NCBI GenBank assembly: GCA_012295275.1
Contig: CM022671.1
Span: 3,534,001 to 3,598,000 of the forward strand
DNA from: Chrysomallon squamiferum
Lineage: Eukaryota > Animalia > Mollusca
Direction of reading: 5' to 3'
Length of the DNA stretch: 64,000 nt
Shown here in pieces: positions 26,899 through 39,800 of this stretch. Positions within the stretch are counted from its first letter, which is position 1. Each line of letters starts with the position of its first letter. Made by a program: the position numbers and the translations under genes. The notes below the pieces were generated by a model. It saw only the letters and a program-made list of their open reading frames with translations, had not been told where the DNA came from and made no database searches.

Positions 26899-29584
26899 GG
26901 ATACAAAAATAGATAGCAATAATAATAAAATAATAAAATAAAAACACCAATAATAATGATAACAGTGGTAAAGAAAACATTAGTAGTGGTTATAATAATA
27001 ATAATAACAAGAATAATAATAAGAAGAATAGTAATAACTGCTTTCTGTAATCAAGTAAATGTTAAACTATAAATTTAGAGAAATATTTGCAAAAATATCA
27101 CTGAAGTTGTATTAACAAAAGATGCTTCGTGTATATTTTAACCAAATATATAAACAAAGAAAGAGTAATATATATGTATACCAGTTGTGCTTTGGCCATT
27201 GATTTAGACCATGATTGGACTACAGTTTTAAAATAGACTAATAACTATAACAAAACCTACTGGGTTAACTATTTATTTTTTTTTTGTTTTATTTTATTAA
27301 ATAAACTATTTTACTAGCTTTGAATGAAAGAAAAGCGGAGGTGAGGGTCCAGTTTCGTGAGGTTGCCGGGGACATTTTTCCTCCTGGTGAGGTGAAGAGG
27401 AATGAGCTGGTGATCAGGGTGCAGCCAGACGAGGCTGTCTATTTGAAGATGATGACGAAGATGCCGGGGATGTCAATCGAGTGTGAGGAGACTGAGCTAG
27501 ATCTCTCCTACAAGAACAGATATATGGTAAATATACAGATAAATTATATCATATTTAACAGATATATGGTAAATATACAGATAAATTATATCATAATTAA
27601 TAGATGTATGGTAAATATGCAGATAAATTATATCATATTTAACAGATATATGGTAAATATACAGATAAATTATATCATATTTAACAGATATATGGTAAAT
27701 ATGCAGATAAATTATATCATAATTAATAGATGTATGGTAAATATGCAGATAAATTATATCATATTTAACAGATATATGGTAAATATACAGATAAGTTATA
27801 TCATATTTAACAGATATATGGTAAATATACAGATATATGGTAAATATACAGATAAATTATATCATAATTAATAGATGTATGGTAAATATGCAGATAAATT
27901 ATAGCATATTTAACAGATATATGGTAAATATACAGATAAATTATATCATATTTAACAGATATATGGTAAATATGCAGATAAATTATATCATAATTAATAG
28001 ATGTATGGTAAATATGCAGATAAATTATATCATATTTAACAGATATATGGTAAATATACAGATAAGTTATATCATATTTAACAGATATATGGTAAATATG
28101 CAGATAAATTATAGCACATTTATATTTTAGATGATATCTGTACAGATAAATAATAGCACATTTATATCTTAGATGATAACTGTACAGTTAAATTATGTCA
28201 TAAATAACAGATACATGGTATATACAGGTAGATTATAGCACATTTTTATCATAGATAATAGATGATAACTGTACAGATAAGTTATATGTGGTAAATGTAT
28301 AAATTGCAGTTCATTATATCACTGATAATAGTTTTAAAGTAAATGTTCCATTACATCATATATACTAGATACATTGTAACTATGCAGATATAGTATGGTT
28401 TATCTTAAAACAAATTTAATGATAGAGATGCTGACTTCTCTTTAACTAATATATTATTTAAATTTAATTTATTTTGCTAGCATTTTATAATTTACAGATT
28501 AATAAAAATAAGTTTCAGCATACATCAGTATGGCTGTATTTTTTCTTGTTGTTATTTGGTGTGTTTTTTTTATACAAAGATTTTATTTAAAATATAAATC
28601 TCCATTTTGATAGAAGTGGTATCCACTGAATGAATTCATTTACCAACATTGTTGCAACAAAAGACAGACATCAAACAGATTTATTGACAATTAATAGTTT
28701 TTGCCACATTTCAAAAAGAGTCTAGTTTCAGCCATGGTCACCATATGTTAATTTTATGTAAATATATTTTTATGCTTTAATAAAAAATGAACAATATTTT
28801 CTTCAGGGAATCAAGATGCCTGATGCCTATGAAAGGCTGATTGTGGATGTGTTTATGGGCTCTCAGATTCATTTTGTTAGGACAGACGAACTGTCAGAAG
28901 CATGGAGAATTTTTACTCCTCTTCTTCATCAGATAGAGAATGAGAAACCAAAACCATTGCCCTATATTTATGGCAGGTGAGCTAGAGGTGTCATCAGTGA
29001 TTTTAGTATTAAAACAGATATTAAATATTAGCACTAATATTTCATGTAAAATGAGAAACCAAATAAAAAATAGTGTAAAATTGTCATCTTAAACTAATTT
29101 TTTCAGGTCTGGTGGCATAAAAAGACCAAAATATAAAAATAAAAATGAAACTGCATAAAACATAACATAGCATAATAATAATTAGTAAACAAATAATTTT
29201 GAAAATAACAAAATGTATTTGCACTTTTTGTTTGGATCATCACAGATACATATGAAAGAAATAAAATAATAATTTACAGCATTTCTCTGCTGTTTCTTTA
29301 CTACAATAACATTTTGCGTGTGTTGTGTGTGTGTGTGTGCGTGCATGTGTATGTGTGCAGATTAAGTTATATACTGTATTTGTGTTACTTTTATTATTGT
29401 AATGTTCAGTCGAGGACCACCAGAGGCTGACAAACTGGTTGCTAGACATGGCTTCAAGTACACTGGGACATACAGATGGAACCAGGAATCCTCATCCAGT
29501 AGTTTAAGAGGACAAGGTTCAATACCTCTTGTTTCAGTGCAGCCGGTAGGTTCACTTCAGGGAGGACAAATGTCCAGCTTTTGA
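18042..29584 (+). CDS. G6PD: Glucose-6-phosphate 1-dehydrogenase, 12 coding exons, 543 aa
   Basis: Exons 18042-18164, 18884-18921, 23224-23332, 23994-24202, 24791-24952, 25522-25647, 25808-25901, 26184-26310, 26689-26778, 27318-27526, 28807-28976, 29410-29584 (sum 1632 nt). Motifs: GASGDLA dinucleotide-binding fingerprint, [14 protein letters not shown], the active-site peptide [37 protein letters not shown] and PDAYERL. Confidence 0.97.
19485..19499 (+). promoter_or_regulatory. Consensus antioxidant response element (Nrf2/CncC-small Maf) in G6PD intron 2
   Basis: ATGACTCAGCAAAAA matches RTGACTCAGCA with an AT-rich 3' flank. Confidence 0.55.
20502..20725. repeat. Direct duplication of an approximately 77-nt block in G6PD intron 2 (period about 147 nt)
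   Basis: ttcttttaaatttacc(t/a)tgaaatgataat...tagtacttga(c/t)tgaagat(a/c)tgcttg(a/t)agataa occurs at about 20502 and about 20649. Confidence 0.85.
22755..22920 (+). mobile_element. Degenerate SINE-like fragment in G6PD intron 2
   Basis: ggatcagtcctgcttggtg...gctat...gtgtgctgtcctgtgtaagggaaagtgaat matches the 26380-26500 copy (gaatcagtcctgcttgatg...tgtgctttcctgtttatgagaatgtgcat). Confidence 0.5.
26352..26610 (+). mobile_element. Degenerate SINE-like repeat copy in G6PD intron 8
   Basis: Shares the core g(a/g)atca..cc...tgggcta.t.tc..ttccagcc...tcca.aactgg.ttatcaaa.g...g.tatgtgct.tcctgt with other copies in the window (about 52020+, 22755+, 38230-, 56380-, 17238-). It resembles a gastropod tRNA-derived SINE from memory. 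Confidence 0.65.
27515..28130 (+). repeat. 42-bp minisatellite (gtaaatatacagataaattatatcatatttaacagatatatg) containing the G6PD exon-10 splice donor
   Basis: 7 full units at 27527-27820, one 19-nt unit at 27821-27839, 6 full units at 27840-28091, then degenerate copies to about 28290. Confidence 0.97.
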
Positions 29585-32500
29585 GTTCACAGTCTTCTGT
29601 CCAGATTTCTCAAACACTATTAATTAAGAAAGATAAATCAATTACCTCAGATAAACTTGAAAGAATGCTGGCAAAAAGTTATTACAACTGTTAATGTAGA
29701 CTAATAAATGAATCATTGAATCGGAAAAAGGGTACAGGCAGAAAACCACAGATTATTGATGAAATGGCTGTGTAAATTTTTTTATTGATTTATATAGACA
29801 GCAAAAATGTTGTGTTAACATTTTTCATTAAATATATTCCCACTGTTCTAAAGTGCTGTCGAGAGGCATAATACAACAGCTTAGATCGAATGCTGACTGT
29901 GATCACCCTATCATAGATCATATCTGACAGCATTGTCATGTTTTTTGATTTTAAACATACTAGAACATAATAGAGAACCAGTCAAACACACTAAGTATCC
30001 TTTTGTCTTTATTGTTGCTGTAGTGAAAAGAAAAAGAAAATCATCTGAATTGTTTTGCAAATGGTATTATGAGACACCATTATTTATACATTATAAAGTA
30101 ATTATTTATACAGCCTGCTGGCTTTTCAAATGGTCTGAATTGATTTATTTACATAATTAAAATCACTAGAGCATTATGATGGTATTTTGTACAAATTTAT
30201 TTCAGTTATTTGCTCAAAGATAAAAATTATAAAAAAAGAGGTTTTGTCACATTTTAAGGTGTATTTTTTAAATTTGTTTTAAAATTATTATTATTTGCCT
30301 GTATAGATTTTTTGATATGAACATTGCTGTAGGAGAGTACATCTACTCATAAACAACACACTGAAGGTTGATCCAACAATCTATCATGCTCCATTTGATA
30401 TTTATTTATTTTTTACTTTTTTTTGTCCTTCATTGTATGTCACTACTTCTTAAACTGTATTTTTTCTTTGTTCATTATTAATTATATTATCATGTATGTG
30501 TATGTGTCTCTGCTGTATGCATGTGGCTACACATACATGTGTGAGTGTGTGTGTATGTATATATATATATTATATTGTTTTTTCTTTTTCAGTCTGTGCA
30601 TACTGAAAAGAAGAAATCACAAAAATTGCAATAAATTAAGAATTAAAGGGAAATGCCAAGAGAACATGAATTTTGTAGCTAACTGGTTGCCTTATTCAGA
30701 ATATCTCAGCTATTCACAGAGTCAGCAATTGTTATTATAGCACTGCTGTTTGCAGGTAGTTTTTTCATTAGCTTGTTTTAACTCTCTGGGTATATTATAA
30801 TATTTATGTTTATTATGCATATTATATTGTTTCATAAACCTGACCAAGAATTTTATGTATAATTCTGTTCAAGTATATGCTACATCATTCCATATTTATT
30901 TTTGTTGATGGTGTAATTACTTAAATATTTTGTACCATGGTGAGTTAGTAAGAACAGAACTAGCAGCTTAATATTCAACTATAAACATTTATTAATGATG
31001 ATGCATAAAAGATCTGAAAAAGAAACACACGACTATTTAATAGCAAGAAAGGAACTGTATGTTAAATGTTTAATGTATTTAACAGCACTCTTCATGCCTG
31101 TTATTACCTTTGAGCCCTCTGGATAATTAATGGTTAATGTTTGTCACTTTGGATGTTAATATTTAAAACAAAGTAAAAGTAAATATACTCTTGTCTTTTA
31201 ACCTGTCTAAAGAATGAAATACAGAAGAAGGAATTCTAATAATTATTGATAAAGATTCTTTGTTTTGGTTGGTGATTTTTTTTTTATTATTATTATTTTT
31301 TTATTCATTTTAAAACTAAATCCAAAAATGAAGAAGGCAAAATATATAGTGGGCTACTTACAGTTATGTATATTTGCAGTGTAGCTTTGTTTATTGATAT
31401 GTTATAAAGTAAAATCCAGAGTTTCAAATCATTAAACTTCAGTTAATATATTTTCTAATTTCCTACTTTTATAAAATCATTTTCTTCTATATTCATTAAC
31501 ACATTCTCCATTCAATTTATTTTTTTTTACTTTTAAAATCTGGTATATGAATTGCAGCATAATTTATTTAAAAATAAAGAGAACGAAGCAAAATATATAA
31601 TGTATGATACTGTGACTATTTCTTTTGTAAATACATTGTGCTTAATAATATGTAAAACAAAAAATAAAGAGTTTCAAATTGACAATTAATTTTTTTTCTA
31701 AATTTTTTTTTATTAAATATTTTATGTATTGGGATATACTTTTTCTGTTGCTTTTTTCTGTTGTTTTTTTAGTAAAAAGTGACTTAATATTTCCAATTTG
31801 CTGTCTGAATTATTAGTGATATTATACAAGTGCTACTATGGTAATCAGTGTATGTTTTTTAAAATCAGAAATGTATGTATTATTATATTTACAATTAATG
31901 AGTTTCATCTATTTTACTTAAGCATTGTATTCAGTTTGGATTGTTTGTTCTGTATTCTGCATGATTTGTTTTTTGTATATACCATTTCTTTTATTTTTCT
32001 GTTTTTTACTTCAGTTTTGGAATAACATTTCATAATGTGATCATGACATAATTCCTGTAATTTTTTTTTTTTTTTTTTTTTTTTTTGTTATGTTCAGCAG
32101 ATGAAGTAATGCTCAAATACATTTAGAGTTATCTTTCTTTTTCTGTTTCATGGTAGCTTTCTTTTTTCATAGACAATCAGGGTGATATAAAGAAATTATT
32201 ATATACTTTCTGTTCTAAATGTTTTATATTGTTAAAATGTAACCATGAATTTATTATTTTAATAATAAATAAAATTATATTAAGTTGGTTTATTACATTA
32301 TTGTTCTACATACATGACTTCAGAATTCAAGATCATTCTAGATGTTTTGGCATATCATAGCATTTAAATGAAAAAGTACTTCTTGGTGGCTGCATTTCAG
32401 TGCAGTAATACTGGAATGAATACGTTATCTGGGTGGTTTTTTTACATAAGAGTATTCTCTGTATTTATTTATTTACTTATGCATATGTTTATTTAAACTG

Positions 32501-34423
32501 TTTTTCTCATAAAATTTAACATACAAGAAATGTAAAAAATGACTGTTACTTTTTATAATTTTTCTGAATATATCATAATCACAATTTGTTTTGTTGTTTT
32601 TTTGGTCTTTTTGGGAAGGGGTGTTTTTGTTTTTTAAATTCAAAGAAATCCATTATGTTTAAATTGTTTTATTTAAAAATGTATTATATGCCAGCCTTGA
32701 TGATGAGACCATCAGCTGTATGTGTAAGCTCAGATACGTGTCTTAAGTGGGTACAAGCACATTTCAATTATTTAATTACACCTTTATTTATTTATTAATT
32801 TATTTTAATTGTTTGTTTGTTGTTGTTGTTGTGGGGTTTTTTTTTTCGTGTGATACGAGTGTGTGTTTTTATATTATGAAAATAAACCACATTTTAAATT
32901 TATTTTTATAATTTTGAGCTATAAAGACGTTTACTTAAAACATCACCACTGCTTGTTTTAAGTGTGAAAGGAAAAACAGGAAACAACGAATCAGACACCA
33001 TCACTTTGCAACTTCCTGTGGTTCATAATCATACTCAGTTTATTATATTTTCAGTTTGTAATGTTATATGTGTGTATATATGTAGGAATTGCAGTATAAT
33101 GTATTGAAAATATTTTTATAAAAATGTATGTTCATTTGTTTATTATTATTTTTACTTTCTATTACTTAGCTTCCCTGTAATTGATTTAGTTAACTGTTGA
33201 CTTTTTGTTTATTTTCTGTTGATGATTTTTAGTATTTAACGTGTAACCTGTGCTTGCTTTCAAACTATTCAGAAACAAATCAGGGTTGGATTCAAATATA
33301 TATAATTTTAGAGTTTAAAAGAGCTGAAATGTTTTTACTTTGCCTTTTCCACTACCAAATAAGGACATGCCATTTAAAAACATCTTTAACTGGTTTGAAG
33401 CCAGTTCCATTTAATTCCAAATTTGTACATCATTGCACATTATGTTTTTGGAGATTATTTGTATTTTATTCCTGTTTTTAATCTGTTGTTACTGAATGAT
33501 TACAAGACGAATGACCACAACATAACTTTGTTACTAAAAATAAATCTCGGCACGACTGGATTAAATAACTATAACAAAAGGACTAATTTTCTCACGCTGA
33601 AATGTTGCAATGAAAAAAGTTATAACTACAATAAAATTATTTCTCGTTATTGTTTTATGTTGTTTGTTCACTGGTGTAGGAAATTAAAATGAACATTGGT
33701 CTCATAGTTTGAAATTAATATTTTCTTGTAGATTAGATGGTACATAATAATTTTTAAAAAGATGTGGAATAATAATAAACGGAAAACATGAAGTGCCGTT
33801 TTGTGTAGAGAAATTAAAAACAAAATAGACCCAAATTTAGACAGCTAAACAAATAATAGACTGGAGTGGTCATTGCAAACGTGGTTTTAAAAAAGTGTGA
33901 TGAATGCAAATTTATAATAAATGTTTGTCCTCATTTTAATTTACGAAAGACAATTGTTTTGGCCACAGGACCTTTCCGTTTTTGCTCAAAGCATCGAACA
34001 TTGTACTCTGTGGTTTGGAAAAATTAGAAACTAAGTTTTGTTTTCAATTTATACAAATATCTGTTTACTGTATTTTCAAAAACGGAAATACTGTTATACC
34101 ATTTAATAATTTATTTGAGATACCCTGAGAAGCTTTAGCAAAATATTGATTTAACTAATATAATTATTCACTTAAGAAAATGCCATAAGCAGCCCTTAAT
34201 TTATAAGTATATATTTATGCTGTATCCCTATTTTTATAATGTTTTAAATTAAAAATAATAAAGCTAATTAAAAAACAAAGTTATATTTTTGTTTCTTAGA
34301 ATAGTATTTGTTTTCGCAGACATTTTAAACAATTATAGTTTCACTTCTCTCTTTACAAACAAAAATTATACCATAGTTGTAGTTCCCAAGATTTCTGATC
34401 TCCAAACAATCGAAATCATACAA

Positions 34424-34489
<66 letters not shown>

Positions 34490-34899
34490 AATAATAATAA
34501 TAAAATAAAATAATAATATTAGTAAAAAAAAAAATATATATATATAAGAATATTCAATTTAAAATTCAAGATAGTACCATAGAAAACCAGAAAGGTTTTA
34601 AATAAATTTATTTCAGTGTAATCAAAATGTTTAACTGGATATAAATATATTCATTAATAAATATTTGATATGGGATTTCTTTGAATGCTAAGAACATAAG
34701 ATAAATGAATTGTGCTTATGAATAGAATTTGTTTTAGAACTCACCTTATAATATATAATTATATATGCGTGGGCGTATATTAAAATTTTATGTAGTGTAT
34801 GTTGAAATTTTGTTTATTAGACATAGATTCATGTAATACGGTCAAGTAATTAATTAATTAAATCAAAAGAAAACTAATGAAAATAGTCATCTTTATTGA

Positions 34900-35749
<850 letters not shown>

Positions 35750-36774
35750 ATGTCGGCTTACGTTCCTAATTCCTCATCGAGGGATAGTAAGTCTAGCTTC
35801 TGGAAAGCCGGAGCAAGCGTACCTGGAAGGTAGGCAATGGCATTTTAATACTAAGTTCATGAAAACGATGCACAAGAAATAAAAATCTTCACTTGTTGTT
35901 AAATTTCTGGAATTTTTTAGCAATGTCTCCATCGTATTTTTTCGGCATTAATCACACAGTTTACAATTTAATAAAGTCTGAAAATAAGCAGGTACATTAT
36001 TGTTATAGAACATAATATTAATAGTAACACGCTTAATGACGTACGCATCACCATACGAAAGCGTGAAAAACTACAGAATAAGAATTCTGAATTGCAAAGG
36101 CTATAACTTGTATAAGTATAATTAAATGTTGAATAACAAAAGCCACCCTATTTTATTTTCTACTTTTCCAATATGTGCTACATTCGTTTTTATATTTTTC
36201 AAATGAAAATAAAATATTGCTATTTAATTATATCGTATTTTATTTACATTGAAGTAAAATTGTTAAGGTAATTTCCGTGACCCAGATCCACTTAAATTTT
36301 TGACACTAATGACAACTATTATTAATAGTTATTTTCTTTTATATAATCATAATGATACTGACTGTTATAAAGCAGTTAAAATAACTGTTGTAAATTCAGT
36401 AAATGCTTGCTTTAAAGAACTAATGGTTAATGACAAATGCTGAAGTAGTCTGTAACTTGTTAGTGTTAATTATAATTAATGAAATTTGCTAGTTATTATT
36501 TTATATATTAATATGTATATGTATAATTAAAAATGTAAAAACAAAGTAAATTAATAATTATATAAAGGCCCATGACTAAAGAACATTGTACTTATAAAAA
36601 TAAATACCTAAAAGAAAAAAAAAGCACAGAAACAAATGACATTGAATTATTTTAATGTTATTATAATTATTATATTTTTTGTATGGTGTTAATCCCAGTT
36701 CTTTCATTTGATTAAAAACAAGTGCTGCATCTGAAATTCTTTATTTGAATGTCCTAAATATAATATTTGAAAAG

Positions 36775-36811
<37 letters not shown>

Positions 36812-39800
36812 GTTATAGACACCTTTATTTCTAGTTACAATTAAGTTTACTGTACAATGTTGAATTTAATATTTCATAAACAGATTTTATTCTGAAATTC
36901 AAAACGTTGTTCTTCTTCTTATAAAATCACTGTTATGTTACACGTTTTAATGAATATTTTCCTTAAAAATAAACATTCTAGTTCATTTAAAGTCTTACCC
37001 TGATATTTTTTATCATTGTCTGTTTAAACTTTATTGTAACAGAAGTTAAAAGGGCAGTGTAAACATTTCTTTCAGTATTAAACCAGTGTATGGAGCACAG
37101 CATCCTCCTATGACACACAAACCCAAAGTGTAAGTATATCTTATATTATTTTTAACATTTAATATCACTTTTGCAAACTAAAGAGAATAAAAATAAAAAG
37201 AAGAATGTAATAAATAAATGAATAAATGAATAAATGAATAAAAGAATATAATAATAAATAAATAAATAAAGAATAATAAAAATCCCAGAAAATAAAATTT
37301 CAGTCTAAAAAGATTCATAGAAGTAGTATTGTTTTCTATTATTTAATATCAGAGAGTTTACACCTTTACAAACACTTCTGCAAAGAGAAAACAAAAATTA
37401 ATAATAAAAGAAATTGTGAAAATGCAAAATAAAAATATTTATTGAAGTAAATTTTAATTCTGATACTTCTTTTTTAAGTACTTTTTTAAGTTTAAATTGT
37501 AAAAAAAATTTGATTCATCAATTAATATTTACATTCAATTTATTCTCTGTGTGTGGCAACTTTTATTTTTTGTATTTGTAAAGATTTAAAGAGGAAAGAA
37601 ACCCAAAACATTCATTTCTTCTGTGCAGTGAAAATATGCATCTTCAGTATGCATATCAACAATATGAAATTTATTAAATCAGTATTATTGGAGGTTACTT
37701 TAAATCAGCACTGCAGGGCATCTTTGTACATATCATATTATATGCTTTCATAGTATAAAGTTTTTATTGAAATATTTTCAGCAGAGAGTCACCAAAGAAA
37801 GAAGAGAAAGTTCGTGCTAACAAACATGACGCTTTTCTCAACTTTGAGAACAGCACCTCAGACGCCTGGGATGATGGCGATGATGATCTTCTTCAGATGG
37901 CCAGTGTCCAGATGTCACTGCGAGACGTCCGGTCATCAGCAAACACTGTCCTTGAGAACCACAGCAAACAAATAGGTTCTCACAGCCAAACATTAACATC
38001 AGGTCTGTTGTAGAATGAAGTGAGAAACACCATACTGATAAATGTTTAACACAACTCTAATCAAAACTCATATCCTATCAAACATTTATTTATAATTAGC
38101 TGTGTAATTAACAAGAAAGATAAGCTTTTGAAACTGCACAATGAGCTGTTCTATTGAAGTTACCTGTAAAGGAAGATGTCTGTACTACTTCCTTTGGGCA
38201 GCAAAGCATATAATCTCAATTTCATTTTTAAATCAGTTGTGGAATGATATTGGAATGGAAAGTAACCCATAGGTTGACAAAGGATGATTGATCCTGCACT
38301 ACACTAAATATCAAGCTATTAAGTGATGGATGTTGATTAAAGTTAAACTTTAATTTCATACTTGATTATTTTTACATTTTATTTGTCATTTTATCTGGAA
38401 ACTTTACAGTAACTAAAATAAACTTCAAAGTAGTTAAAGAAGATGTTCTGAAGATATCTGTTCATTTCATTAAAGATGCACTTAAGTGTTAAATACAGAT
38501 GTATTTGACAAGTAGTTGTTTCCTCGCAGATGCTGATGTTACAACATCGTCAGGCTCCACACATGGACACAGTGGAGGTGGTCCAGGAGTTGGGGTGAGA
38601 CTCAACAGCTACAAAACACCAAAAACTACTCATGTGTGCTGTGTTCAGCCATCCGTGTTAGACAGGGAGGCTTCCAAAGTTGAAAAATTTAAATCACTTC
38701 TTGCTGAAACTAACATAGATTTAGGTAAGTGTTATACAGAGTTTGCTTACTTAGAATTGATAACAAATAAATTATTAATACATCTGTAACATCTTACTAA
38801 ATATAATAGTTTCATATATTGATTATTCAAGAAAAAAATCTTGTGTCAGACCTTTTTTTTCTTCTTATTTTAAGTTATTGTTTTGCTTATGTTAATGGTT
38901 ATTAGTATCAAACATATTTTTTATAGGTTTTTAATGAAACTTTTAAAGAAAAAAAATGCTTTGAGTTATAAAAATTAATTATCTTCACACACACACAACA
39001 AAAAAAAATAAAAGAATTGTTTTTAATAGGAATGATTACAGTGGCTAAATGTAGAGATTTGTGTTTCAGATGAACTAAGGCAGCTAAGCTGGTCAGGTAT
39101 CCCCACCTGTGTCAGACCAGTCACGTGGAAAATACTTGCTGTAAGTTTTAACTGCCACAAGAAAATTAGAATTGTTGTCAGGAATTTCTTCCTATTCTTT
39201 TTTTTATTTTATTTTATTTTTTTTGAAGAAAAAAAGAAAGTAAAGGTTAACTTTGGAAGATCAAGAAAGAAAACACATAGTCACATGCACATTTAAGTTA
39301 TTATTGCTCGAAATACAAAGATATTATTTGGTTTATTTTTTATTTTCTGAAAAGGTTTTAGATTTATCAATATAATAAAAAAAAAAAATTGTTCTATGAT
39401 TTCTGTTAACCATATGGTTTCTTTTAGATTCGATTTGTGAAAAAACACACATTCATAAAAATAAAATAATAAAAATATATTGATGCATGCAAATATACAA
39501 AAATCACAGTTTTTTAATTTTCATCATTTCTAAAAATCTGTTACAAATTTCTTACAGGGCTATCTTCCTCCAAATGCTGACAGACGAGAAGCAACGCTGG
39601 AGAGAAAGAGAAGGGAATATTTTGGTTTTATTGACCAGTATTACGAAACCAGGCATAATGATATGCATGCTGATACTTTCCGACAGGTATGTCATATTTT
39701 TATAAATCTTTATTGTAACGTTTAAATCTTTATCTATTAAGAATTTATATTTTTAACAGAACAAATGTTATGATAAAGGATATTAAAATTTTGTGGGTAA

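Noticed and set aside
27527-28130. CRISPR-like array or separate repeat protein (ORF 27837-28130)
   Set aside because: The units are head-to-tail with no unique spacers, there are no cas genes, and the locus is a eukaryotic intron.
29582-29625. Stop-codon readthrough of G6PD to a peroxisomal signal
   Set aside because: The context is TGA-G rather than TGA-CTA, and the extension ends in KHY, which is not a PTS1.
34289-34513. Poly-Asn, poly-Tyr and poly-Ile ORFs (also 41757-42023, 41771-41977, 45111-45323, 22479-22763)
   Set aside because: Products of (AAT)n and poly-T tracts, with no homology signal.
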